From Nageia nagi (lineage: Eukaryota; Plantae; Pinophyta), in contig JBITNC010000001.1 of assembly GCA_050084985.1 (NCBI GenBank), positions 95,728,001 through 95,792,000 on the forward strand: a DNA stretch of 64,000 nucleotides, written 5' to 3'. The notes under the pieces are model-generated. The model saw only the letters and a list, made by a program, of their open reading frames with translations. It searched no databases and was not told the origin of the DNA. Each line of letters begins with the position of its first letter. The stretch's first letter is position 1. Made by a program: the position numbers and the translations under genes. Below, piece by piece: positions 27,744 to 41,136 of this stretch.

Positions 27744-29837
27744 CATTTTGCTCTGGTTAAGAACAGATTATCTGCCTATTTTCCTCTCTGCATTGCGCTT
27801 TTTCCAGAGCACCCTTTTATCTCAAGATCATAGATCATGGCATCCTACACCTCTATAGAATCAGAGACACAAATAAACCTCTCCCGTATCCACTAACTAC
27901 CAAATCAAAAATGTCTACGGAAGCACTTCTGTAATAGATATAAATTGGAAGGAGAGATGGAAAAGAACAGAAAAGGAAAGACCCCTAAAGACTTTTTCCT
28001 TCTAATCAAAACTCATTTCGGGTTTCTCATTTCTTATGCAAGACTGTTATTAAGTCCCGTTGCAGAAGCAAACAAATGAAAGAATATAAAATTACCAAGA
28101 AATAACCAAACTTTGAAGTCATGAATACATTTCAACTGATACAATGAACCGAAAGTTACAAATGACGATAAAAATTGTCTTGCAAGGGTTCTTTAACAGA
28201 GTTGGGTTGGATGATTGTTCTGAAGGTATTATATGCTTTGAGGAACTCAATTCTGCTCCAAAGCCAGCACTCTGGTTCCAGCAATTGTAAATTGACCTAA
28301 GAATTACTAACGCTACAAACTGTACTAAAGCCCTATTCTGTGCTCCCAATCTGCAAATCTGAAACATACTGGTAAACGAAAATACAAGAACCTCATACTA
28401 GAGGAAATTACAACTTATATTTAGATAAGAAATCCATTGTTTAAGAATTCTTGTTCTGCTTCACGATAACTAGATTTATCTCTTTCCTTGTGCAAAAGAA
28501 TATTTGATATATAACACAAGTACCAATATTTTCTCTTATGAATTGTTTCTCTAACAACTCAGTTATAATTTGCTTGCCTCATTTCCCCATTTTCCAAAAG
28601 AAGTTGACATATAAGCAACATAATTGAAATAATTTTGCACCAAGAACCAGTGAAAACTTCATGTGAAAGTTGAATTTTTTTGGGAAACCTTGAAGGTGTA
28701 GTGGCAGTAAATTCATTTCTGTAGTCTCCTAATTTCCAGGATACAAATAAGAGCAAAAATCTTGCCTTTGCTCCTAAAGGTATTATTTCCAGCTTACTAT
28801 GCAAACGAATCCTACTGAGATTCCATACATTTATTCTTTAAGTGGCTTCAATACATATTACTTTCATTTCCTATTCTTACCATGAGACATAACTGTTTCT
28901 GTGACTTGAATATTTGTGGCTTTCAAACCCAATTCTTACCAAGAAACATGACTCTTGCCATGGCTTCAAAATATGTGGCTTCCTAACTTAATTCCTGCTA
29001 AGAGAAATAACTTGCATTATAAACTTAAGGTCTTCAAAGAACCTGTAATCAAGATGAAATTCCAAAGAAGGATAGGAAAATGACAACAGAAGAAGGGGAC
29101 GAACCTTCTAAGTTTTTGAAGCTTATTATACTTCCATGTAAAAAAAAAACAACATTTCAGGACTAGAAGGTGCAATTCTCAAACATGACAACACAACTGA
29201 TATTATCAACGTTGTTTGTGAAGGCACATTGTGAGATCTTTTTTCCACCACATGCTTTGGATGCGCTACTAAATGTGCAACGAATTGACCAACAACTTAG
29301 GATAACAGTTAACGAAATAATACATGACATTTGGAATAAAATACCGAAGTGCAAGTGGATATTTGGCACAGCATCCCCTCTTGTTCACCCCTATATTGCT
29401 GTTGAGGATCTTTGATAATTGTCAGCTAGAAGCACCAAACAATTGTCCGCTAGAAGCTACTTAGGATATGATTACGCTAAGATCATTTCCCATTTTGCAT
29501 CCGAAATTATTGAAATCTTTGAGGGAAAAAAGCACTTCAAACATAAAAACTATTTTGACCAAGCAAATCAACATTCTTATCACATCTATATTCACTAAGG
29601 AAGTCAGTAGCTTCATGCTGACTGAGTATATGTGGAGTTGTTTGTTAATCCCCTGAAACCGTTCTCTTGTATTTTCAAATTCTAAATGCTCTTTAGCAAC
29701 GTATTTCAAGTTTTTGGTAATCTATTTGTGGGCCTACTTCTATAAGTACCATTCATGCCTACAAAAAGGATCCCACAAATTACTACTTTCCAAAATTTTA
29801 TTTAAAATTAAGGATCTTGGATAGTCTTGGTCGAGGA

Positions 29838-32800
29838 TGACAAGGAAGCATCTCCCTTGTGGCACTTTGAGATTGGAGAAGTTCTTGGTTTTGTTAGTTA
29901 ATTTGGTGTAGAGAATGAAGAAAACATACACGGTAATTAATTTTCATCTTCAATTCAAGTAGGTGATATCTTCTTTGGACGATTTCATATTGAACATAAT
30001 TTCATAAAGAAAATGAAGGTGATGTTTGAAAAAAAAAAAAAAAAATCATGGTAATAATGATGAAATAAATTTAGATAACAAAAATGAAATAAGTTATATA
30101 AAGAAGATATTTACATAAAAATTTTAAAAAAAGATGAATAAATCTATAATGTATCATCTAGTTAAGATTTAAAGAAGAAGAAAACTAAGAATCAAAAGCA
30201 AAAAATTGAAGAATCAAAAGTTACTTTGTATTCATAAGTATATTCACATATATATCATAATGAAAGGCAAAAAAGATATGGACATAGGAAAACCTCAAAG
30301 GATACTTGGAAATATGTACTTAAATATCCAAGAGGTAATAATTATGGAAGGCATCGTACCAATAGAAGGAAGGTTGCATGTTTGAGTCTTGGCAACACTC
30401 AATGGTCTTGTCTATAAATGGACATTGCAATGGTAAAGACTGTGGGCTATCTTTCGGGAGATCTATATGATTAAGGATAGGTTGGTCCAGATTAAGGATA
30501 GGTTGGATGGCAATGCTTGAGTGTTTACCAATCAATTCCCCATTTTTATGCCCTATAGGGTTGAGGTTCTTGTTGTCTTTGTTCTACTTAGCAAGCTAGG
30601 GGTATAGTGGCAACATTTGAGTTTGATCAAGTGTTATACCCCACATGAAGCTAAGATGTTACTGATTCCCCTTTAAAAAAATAAAATAAATATCTATGGA
30701 CCAAGGATCTTATAGTGCAACACTTATGGATACTCAAAGTAATATTGAAGCAATTATGGTTAATCCATAAATAAATAAAGTAATAATTATGATTAACTCA
30801 AATATAAAAGGAATAATAAAACATAAATATAAAATAGTTTTAATTACAACCAAATATTTTGAACCATACTTTTTTTCTTTTTTGTCTCTTTTCTCTCTAA
30901 AGGTTAATTAAAACTTGGAGAATGGGTTTGGCATAAGCAATCAATCCTTGGTTTGAAGCATGGACAGGCATAAACAATCCTAGAAAGACATATTCATGTA
31001 GGCATCATCTTGTGAGGCTAATCCTAAGTTACTCCCCAATCAAGAAGAGTATGGCTAGTTCTATCAATTAAGTTACTATAATGAGTTCCATTTAAGGATC
31101 TAGAAAATTTATGGGCTCATCAATTTCCCCAATAATTGTAAACTAGTATACTTTTAAAAGTGAAAGACAACAATATTCTTCCATTCTTTGATATATTAGT
31201 ACATGAAAATCAAGATGATTCATTGCACCATGAGCTTTAGCAAAACATGAACAAGTAACTACCATTCTAACTTGAATCATCATTACTTCCAAAAACTTAC
31301 ATTCTTGATAGTTTAACTAGTCAAAACCTTTTTTTCAAACTTGAGCTGGTACATATAAAATTCTATTCAAATTATACATTAACCAAAATTCCAAAAAACT
31401 ATTAGAGAGGCATCATACTTTTAATTTGTAGCAACATCTTTAATAACTTACAAATCAAAAATAAAATTAAAATTATCAAGTAGGAGTTGTGGTGCTTTGA
31501 TCGTAACAGTGGTCGTTGTTATGGACATGGGGCTTAGACCATAATGAAGACTTCTATCAGGATCTGAATGAAATGTCATATGATGAAGATGGGGAAAACT
31601 CCATTGAAAAGAAGGAAACATCTCCCTTGTGGCCCCTTGATATTGGAGATGTTCTTGGTTTTTCTTGGTCAGCTGCTATGAAGTTAGCTCTTGTGTATGT
31701 TGAGGATGAAGATAACTTACACAATAGTTAACTTTCACCGTTACTTAATGGCAGGTGATATCTTCCTTGTGAATTTCTTAGATTGATGATAATTTCATAA
31801 AGAAAATGAACGTGATGTTTGAAAAGTTTATGGTAGGTGATATCTTATTTTTGACTTCCTTAGATTGAGGATTATTTCATAAAGAAAAAGAAGGTGATGT
31901 TTGAAAAAAATTAAAAAAAAATAATAATCATAGTAATAGAGATGAAATAAATTTAAATAACAAAAATGAAAAAGTTTATGTGAAGAAGATATTGGCATTA
32001 AAAAATTAAATAAGGATGAAGAAATCTATAATGTATCATCTAGTTAAGATTTAAAGAGGAAAAAATTTGAAGAATCAAAAGTTACTTCATACTCGTAAGT
32101 ATATTGACAACTATATCATAATGAAAGGTAAAAAAGATATGGATACCAGAAAACCTCAAAGGATACTTAGAAATATGAACTTAAATATCCAAAAGGGAAT
32201 AATTATGGAAGGTATTGTACCAACATAAGGAAGGTTGTATGTTTGAGTCTTGGCAACACTTAATGGTTTTGTCTATAAATGAACATTGCAATGGTAAGGA
32301 CTTTAGGCTCTCTTTTAGGAGATCTATGTTCGAAATATAGTGGCCTAAACTAGGGATAAGTTGGATAGTAGCACTTGAGTGTTTATTGATCAACTACCCT
32401 AGTTTTATGCCCTAGATGGTCAAGTGTCCCATTGACTATATTCTACTTAGTAGACTAGGGGTATAGTGGAAATGTTTGAGTTTGATCAAGTTTCATACCT
32501 CACATCATCAAGCTAAGATGTTACTAATTCCCCTAAGAAAAAAACTATGGACCAAAAACTTATGGTGCAACACTTATGGATACTCAAAGTAATATTACAG
32601 CAACTATGGTTACTCCATAAATAAATAAGGTAATAATTATGATTAACTCAAACATATAAGGAATAACAAAACAAGAATCTAAAACAAAAGTAATTACAAT
32701 CAAATGTTTTAAAGCACACCTTTTTTTTCTTTTTTCTCTCTAAATGTTAACTAAAGCTTAAAGAATGGGTTTACCATGAGTGATCAATCCTTGGATTGAA

Positions 32801-32899
32801 GTATGGAGAGGCATAAGCAATCCTAGAAAGACCTATTATTGTAAGAGTCATCTTGTGAGGCTATTCTTGAGTTGTTCCCCAATTAAGAAGAATATGGCT
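29838..32899. repeat. old local duplication (~1.25-kb copies at ~29838-31056 and ~31612-32899), each with a minus-strand LINE ORF1 remnant
   Basis: Colinear similarity from AAGGAA(G/A)CATCTCCCTTGTGG to AAGAAGA(G/A)TATGGCT. The ORFs 30320-30535 and 32181-32393 are paralogous (IDLxKxSxxSLPLQC). Confidence 0.8.
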
Positions 32900-33340
32900 C
32901 CTTAAGGGTTTTGAAAGAAATTACTATATGTTATTCAATTTTTCTTACTCAAAATATTTAAAAGAGTGATAATGGGTAGTCTATGGTTCTTCCATAGGAA
33001 AGGATTATTTTTACACAATTGGTACTTAGACTTTGAAGATCAAATCATAATAGCTCCAACATGGATCAACCTCCCTAGGATACCATATGATTTGTAGCAC
33101 CCCCAAGTAATTAATGGTATTGCAAACTCTATCGATAAGATTATCTATATGGATTCAATCATTGAAGCTTGTAACAGACTTGTGGTGGCTAGATTTTATG
33201 TTCAACAATTTTTTTTCCAATCCCTTACCAATGTAGATCAAGCTAGTGTTAGAAATTGTTGTATGGATCCAAACAATCTCCTATGAGAATGCACACTTCA
33301 CTTATAGCTAGTGTAGCATGATGGACCATAACTTGATAAC
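32900..33340 (+). mobile_element. L1 LINE ORF1 fragment (DUF4283 C-terminal part plus zinc-knuckle region)
   Basis: GLFLHNWYLDF...APTWINLPRIPYDL*HPQVINGIANSIDKIIYMD...VARFYV...QTISYEN. Confidence 0.7.
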
Positions 33341-33849
33341 ATGCTTGGAACATTTAGTTTAAGTAGAATAGACTAACAACCTCCCTTTTAACATTCCAAA
33401 TCAAATACTAATACATTTTAGGAATTTTATGTCATACTATACATCATAAAATTGCATTTTGACACCATGAGCAAGATGCATCACTGTTTGGCATGTCTAC
33501 ATAAATCTATATAAAACCAATTTTTTTGATGCATTGGTTGAAGTATTATTTGACATATTAGTTGACGTATTATTTGATGTATCAATTGATGTATTTATTG
33601 CATCAAACAATGTGTCAAGTGATACATGGAAAAGAAAAAAAAAGGTGCAGATCGTGCACATGGATCATGGCATGATCCGCTATCGATTGTTGATATATTC
33701 CCTTGATTGATGGTGGATTTTTAATGGTTGGTATGATGCCATTGATGAGTATATGAAGGAGCTTGCCCTTTATAAGGGCAATTTTAGTGATACAGGTCTA
33801 TAGGAGCTGAAAAACATGTTGAAGAACATATATAGTAGTGTGTATTTGC

Positions 33850-34275
33850 ATTTTATAGTAAGCAAAATGTGCATTGTATGCTTTAGCCACCCATGAAGGT
33901 TGGTAGAGGCCTGTAAAGTTTGGTGGACACCCATGTAGTTTTTGATTGTATGATTGAACAACACATCTTCTCATGGAATATGATAATTTTAGGTTACCAA
34001 AGACATGGCTTTCCTCAACAAGCATTGAAACTATTTCATCAAATGCAATAAACACCAGAAGTAGTCCAACCAAATGAATTCACCTTTCCCAACATCCTTA
34101 AAGAATGCACCAAATTGAGAGATTTGCAAAATGGTTTATACATACATGAAAGACTCTTTAAAACCAATTTTTTATTGGATGTTGTAGTTGTGAGTGCCTT
34201 GTTAGACATATATGCAAAATGTGGATGCGTAGAGAAGACACACAAATTGTTTGATAAGATGCATGATGAAAATAA
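33850..34275 (+). pseudogene. PLS-class PPR gene fragment
   Basis: VVFDCMIEQHIFSWNMIILGYQRHGFPQQALKLFHQMQ*...PNEFTFPNILKEC...VVSALLDIYAKCGCVEKTHKLFDKM. It has an in-frame stop and is truncated at both ends. Confidence 0.88.
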
Positions 34276-35699
34276 GAAATCTTCCTCATTCTTGTAATTT
34301 TGATGCTATAAATGATCTTTATACATCATGTATAATGTTACTTATTTTATGCTTATAATATCGATATACGATGCAAGGAATGATGTTATAATTAACACAA
34401 AAAATGATGCTTTGTTTGATAGTACCCTTAGTGTCGATACGTTATGATTTATACAATTTTTTTTTTAAAAAATAATATTATGGATTGAAGGATGGTATGA
34501 TATAAAATTGGTTGTCTAGTATTGAAATGAATAAAATGGAAAAAAGAATAAGATTTCTAAGTAGGATAGAATAATAGGAGGTTGATATTTGGTAATAGAA
34601 CTTGAATAAGGCTAACTAAATCCTACAAACCAATAGGCACAAGATCGATTGAAGTAGGATCATAGGAATGAGAAGGATGTATTTTGGTGCTAGAACTTTA
34701 GATAATTAAAGTATGTGAGGAAGGTGAAATGCATGAATACCAAATTGATTTAACATGACTCTAAAAGTAAATAAAGGGTTACGCTACGATATGTAGAAGT
34801 CAAAAGGAAATACTATGCAATGTCAACATAAAGTTATGTCAATGAAAGGTTATATCACCAAAGAAGGATAGTTTGATAGGTAAATCCTTAGATTAAAAAT
34901 TCATAAATTTGATTAATCTCAATAGTGGATTGAAGTAGCTGTAGTGGTAAAAAAATAATACTGAGAAAGGGGAGCTAAAATATTTTCTTAGAATCATGGG
35001 AAGTGCTAAAAGTATGTTGGTGTAGGAAATGATGGTAGGTGGTTCCCTAATTTAGCCTCAATAAAAATCAAAGAAATTGATGAACAATATAGCTAGTGGA
35101 TCATAAGGAATCCTAGATCTAAGTGGGGGTGGAACAACCGAAAAAATTATTAAGAAATAAGAACTATTTATTGGAACATTAAAGGGGTCAATTTTTGCTC
35201 AAAATAGAGAATTATTTTTATTCTATTACACACTCTCAACAAGATGTTGTAAGCATGAAAGGAATTAAGGATGCTTAAATTGAGCTCAACCAACCAACTG
35301 CAATTAATATATCTAAAGAAGACTTAATTGCACATGCCCTTTTAACCTTGAGGAGGAGAAAGGTTGCTTCAATTAGATTGATATTATTACAAGTTAATAA
35401 TCACTAATATTGTAAATAGGTTTTGGTTCCTTGTATAAAAAATACCTCTTCATTGGTTTTGAGACCTTATTTTAAAAAACCCTCTTTACTTTCCTAACCT
35501 TCTTTTGGTCTTGATCAAAAAAGAAAACTAGAATCTAAGATACATATGACAATAAGAAAAGATATCCAATAAAGTGAAATATTGGTAATACATTAGTTTT
35601 TTTTTCAAAAAGCTCAAAGTAAACTTTCTATAATTTTATAGGATTTTCCAAACATCCTTCCATTGCCACCTTATGTCAAATTGCAAATTTTTACAATAA

Positions 35700-38600
35700 A
35701 CAAAGATAGTTTGTATTTATTATAATACTTAACATTAAATCCATCTTAGGTGGATTTTTTATCCTTTTATTATAGCTTCTTCTCCCTTGGGAGATTCATC
35801 ATATGTTAAAATTGCTATTGGTGAGAGCCATTACCCTAGGGGAGCACCAAAAGAAGTTTGTCCAAAACATTTACCATGAGGCCATTCATTTACCCTAGAT
35901 GTTATTATTCCTTTGAATGATTTCAATAATGGATGGAAATGGATAGAATAACACACCTTCATTAGGAATATTCTAGTAAAATCTTGAATGATGCACTCAT
36001 TCATAATTAGATATAAATATATTGGTGTCCTTATGATATTAAGGTTAAGGTATATAAAACCTTACTATGGGATTTTTCCATTTTTGTTTCTATGGTCCTC
36101 AACATGTAATGGTTATACTTAGTAGAGGGTTGTGGTATGCATAAACTACCTTACCTTTTTTTTTTTAGTTATGTCATAAAAATATACAATTGTGGATATT
36201 TAACTTAAATTTCCCATGAGGGTTGAGTTCCTTAGTTCTCTTTGCCTTTATAATTATTTATCTAAAATTGGATAAGACCATAGGCAAGTTTCTTGGAATG
36301 GAACATTAAAAGTATTATGTTATCCATCCTCATAGGAACATGTGTATCCATGTGGACCTTTCTAAGGATCTTAAATAGTTATTTACCTATAAGTTGGGGA
36401 TACTTGCATTCACTATAAGGTTGTGGGTAACTTTTGAATACATGTTATTAGTGTTGATCCATGATCTACAAGATTAAGGATTGTCCTCTCATGGAGGATC
36501 ATTTTAACTCTATCTCCATCAACTTTGTATTTGACCTTTGTTATTCCTACATAAATAAATAATATGGGTTAGGATGAATGGAAAATAATTTATAACTGTA
36601 AAAATAAATATGCAAAGTTTTCTACCCTATTTTTCTCCCTAATAAAAAATTTCACTTTTTTTGCTTCCCTATTTTCCTACACTCCTAGCTTCTCTTGTAC
36701 TTTCACTCCCTCCTCCACCTCAACCCTTTAATCTCCAAATGGACCCTTATGTTATCAATCCTTGATGATTGATCAAAACTCGTGCAACCTAGCATTATCC
36801 TCTAGAGAGTCATCACTAAGCATGCTTCCTTCATGAGAACTATAAACACTTTATTTTAAATGTGTTTCAATATCTCATAATTTGGAGGACTAAAACATCA
36901 TGGATGGATATATATGATCTTCAATACTCCTATGACCTTTCTATTATGGCATATCATAGAGTTGATGGAAAAAATACATAGTCTAAAACAAGTTATCCAA
37001 CATAACTTGTTATTATAGAAATCTCAATTTCCACTACCTTTAGGAAGTTAAAGCTTTATATCTTATCTTATATAATACATGTAACTTTCTTTAGCTAGAT
37101 AAACACTTTTATGATGCTAATCATTCTCTTAGGAAAATAGGGGCTATAATTTTTATGACATCTCAATGACATGTCCATTTTGTTGTTTAGGGAGTGGATC
37201 CATCCAATTATGCTATATGAATTCTTATAGAAATTAGCAAGTAATCATTTGGTATAATCAATGTATATGCTTCTAATAATGTTTGTAATAGATGTAATAT
37301 ATGGCAATGATTTATTTTTATATCCCATATAGTGTGTATCCTATGTGGTGACCTTAATATGATTAAGAAGGGATTTGATACATTCTAACCTACATCTTCT
37401 GATTCTTTGGATTATAGGGTAGTGTGAGCTTGGTAATTAATGAAAATAAACTAGATTTATCATATCTTAGTTATTTGTTTTGACCTTATGATTTCCCTCA
37501 TCATTTATGTTTCACATTTTCTAACCTTTAAAATGATTATTTTACAGTTATGAAAAATCTTGATTAGGCTATATTGTCTAATCAATATTTCTTCCAATTT
37601 TCTCACCTTTCCAACTCTACATCCTTTATAGAAGCCTTCTTAGATACCATTGATTCTCATCATGCTCACATTGTTTTTGTCAAGCTTATCCTTCCTTGCT
37701 ATATCAATTTAAATTGTAATTTTATCTTAACACTTCTTTTCTCCATCATCCCATGATAGTTATTTATATTGTTTCCCTTACCCTATTGGGTATTTTGGAT
37801 GGATTGAATCATGGAATAATGTTATTCATTAAATAAATTATATCTTACAAAGTCTTAGGTGGAATATTGCTAGGATAAGATAAGATTTTGTAGGTAAGTT
37901 CTAGATTGATTCTAAGGAGCTAGCTACCACTCATGTTTAATATTTTGGGTACCATATAAGGCCAACTACCAAAATTTAAAAAACATTTATATAAATTCTT
38001 ATGAGCCACTTCTTTTTAAGATTAATGTTTTCACCTAGTGGCTTAGGATATCTACTACCTTCCTAAAGTTTTAGGGGATATGAGTCTCCTTGAAAATAAA
38101 TGTCAAGGCATATAAATTTATGTAAAATGGATTATTAGAGAATTAAAGGAGGATGAGGCTTGAAAAATCCTCATATCTTATTTCATATTTGTTTTCTCCA
38201 CCTTTGGTCATAAAGATTGAAAAGGTTTAAATTCCCCTTTACTATTAATAGCTCTAATTTACATCAAAATTTTGGGTCATTTATTTTCAAAAGTATTTTA
38301 CAAGCTTAAGAGGCCATTAAGATTTGGATAAGGAATAAAGTTGATGATTTTAGGAATTGGTTATCCATTATTTCCCTTAGTATTTAGCAATCCCCTATTT
38401 TAACCCTATAGGAAAATCCATTTTCATAGGTGTTATGGATTCATAAACAAAGGTTTTGCAAATGGGGGCCACTATGATCATTATTTTTTGTACATAAAAC
38501 ATAAGAATTAATTCCTTAATATAATTTTAAGAATAATTTCAAATTAAAAAGTTCAAACAAGAAATATTTGAAATCATAAATGAATACAAACTTGATTACA

Positions 38601-39755
38601 TACTACAAAAACTACGCATCTACTCTTAAAGATCCTAATGAATGAATTTGATATTGTATGTTGATACACCCATGCATAACTATATAGCCATACAAGGTTA
38701 CTCATGGCTATATCAACACTTTCCAATGGTGGAGAAGATTAACTAAATATAGGGTATTCCTTCTTATAGGTCTCTTTAGGCCTTCAAGTTTCAAACCATT
38801 TGGGTCTCTTACTTGGAGCCTAAGTAGTATTTTGTTAGTTGGAGTCTTCTTTATCAAGGGATATTTTTAGGCAATCACCTTAAGGAATTTTGTTTATCTA
38901 TCCATTTTTCCCATTTCAATAAGCCTATAAATATTCCATGCATCTTTTTTGGAGTTGTATTAAAGATCAAGATGCCTAAATATGTATTTTATTCATCTTC
39001 CAATCCTTTTTACCCAACATTTTTACTTGGTAATAAGTTATTTTGTGAGATAAAATAATTATTTCCTATTTTTTACTTGTAAGTTTGACATCTCTTTTGA
39101 ATCGGCATATTTTTCATAATGAAAAGTAAGAAATGAAACTATTTAAATTCCTACATGTTCTGATATTATTTTCTTTTGTATTTCTTTTTTATGTGCTTCT
39201 CTATATCTCTATTTAGGTTGATAAATTGTTATTGAAGCTTGATCATATATGAATATTTGTTGGCCACTAGGATATTCCCCTTTCACGGTGAGTCATTTCC
39301 CACTTAAGTAATCTTTTAGGTATAGATCTTCTTATTACCAAAATTGTCATCCAACTCTACATGGCTACTCTATATCCTCAACTTGCCCTCATTCATAACC
39401 ATCACATGCGACATTATCTAGTGACTAGGATACATACTTTAAAGAATAAAACCTATAATTGGAAGTTGCAACTTCTAAGGACATAAGCTGCATGAGATTA
39501 GATGATGTTCTCCTATCATAACTATGATGTCGTATTCCCATTGAAACTAAGCATAGATGATGATGATTGGATCACCCCTTCCAACATGATTTAAATTTCA
39601 TTTCCTATAATACTCCTATAGTTTAAAACTCATGATTATTATTATTTTTTGTTAATTCCTAGCCTGGTATTAGGGTTAATTTGAATAAATTATATGGGGA
39701 TGTTCCTTATCCAACCATGATTTTTGTTGTAAAGTTATTATATATTTTTTAATAT
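35700..39755 (+). mobile_element. decayed L1-type LINE: ORF1, endonuclease, post-RT region and zf-RVT, with the RT core apparently missing
   Basis: ORF1 remnants at ~35900-36450. Endonuclease motifs FGIINVYASN..R..IW (~37250), CILCGDLNMI (~37335) and LD*..S / DSHHAHI (~37560-37670). Post-RT HLVA*D..LPK..GDMSL..KWIIR (~38035-38140). zf-RVT-like region at ~38800-38980. Boundaries are approximate. Confidence 0.75.
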
Positions 39756-41136
39756 AATACCTTCCCATCAAAACAAGATTCACAAAAAGAAGTAATACCT
39801 ATAAATACTTCATTAAATTGGGTGGATTATTAAGTTTAAAAATAATTTTAAATTATGATCAAATAAGTATAAGAATGAATTTGTAATAATGGTCTAAGGG
39901 CATAACATTTGTAATATGATAACATGGTACAATAATTAGGAGGGCTTATTAGCTGTATTTGAGAAAAATATCAAGAGTTGTAGATCATAATACACTACAT
40001 GAAAGGGGTCAATATTGTATTACTTGTAGGAATATAATATAAATAGATAATGAATAAACAACTTATGACATACATATGTAGTAAGGTTTACTACCCATGA
40101 TATCATTATTTTGTAGGAATATAAGAAAGATATCATTGTAACATCATCATGAAAAATATATTGAAAGACTTACATACTTAGGAGGATTTTCCTTGATTTT
40201 TTTTTTATATTTATTACTTACTTAAGGAATATTATATGATATTTATTACTTTAAATGTTCATATTTAATAAGCATTTCTCTCTTGTTGATTATTCTATTA
40301 TTATTTGTTTAGTAAAGACCAAAAAATGTCCACTTGGTAAATTGAAGGAGTTTTTTTATATAATATGCCAAAATCTATTATTACAAATTTGCAATAGTTT
40401 GGAAAATATGTTATGATTATGTTTTGGGCAATAAACTACCATTATTTATATCAAATTACACTTCCTACATGTTATTTTATTTCCTAAAATAGGATAACTA
40501 TTTTTACACATTTCAAACTTATGGAGAAGCTTCCCCTTTTGAATAAGATTGCTACTGTAACGCTACCAGACGTGCCACCCTTAGAGCGTGGCTTGCCGAT
40601 GGTAACGCCCGGCACCGACATAGTCGACACGGTCCGAAGGCCTAGGTACCGGACTTATGGGAATCACCCCCGCCAGACGTATCCTCTCATGGCCCGTCCC
40701 GCACGGCTAGTCGGCTCCACCGTCTCTGTCAACTCCGTAGTTGCATACTGCTCGAGGCCTCGTGCCTCTAGAGCTGATTCGGCCCCTTGGAGCACCGGAT
40801 TGTCATAGTTACCAGAGTGCCTGGTGCTCACCGCCCAACCAACGACCTTCAAACGGGAATCACCCCTTAGGTCCCCCTGAGCTTTATTCACCCATCCAAG
40901 CCGCCCAGTCCAACCATAGGAACGGACTCACATCCATGTCTGCCATGATTCCTAAAGCACGGTCGTTGGGTCTGGAATGTATCCTCGCGGTCTAAGAGGT
41001 TGCGCTCTTGGATCCGCTCACACCCCGGGAGAGGCGGCCCTCTCACATTCTCCCCCACTTAGAGATGTTGACGACCTCGTCAACAATGCACACCGAAGGG
41101 AAAAATGGTCCTCTGGTAACTCCACGTTCAGCGACA

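Noticed and set aside
29163-29709. ORFs of 62-82 aa downstream of the HAD gene
   Set aside because: No recognisable domain and no consistent exon chain; RITVNEII is too short to call a kinase remnant.
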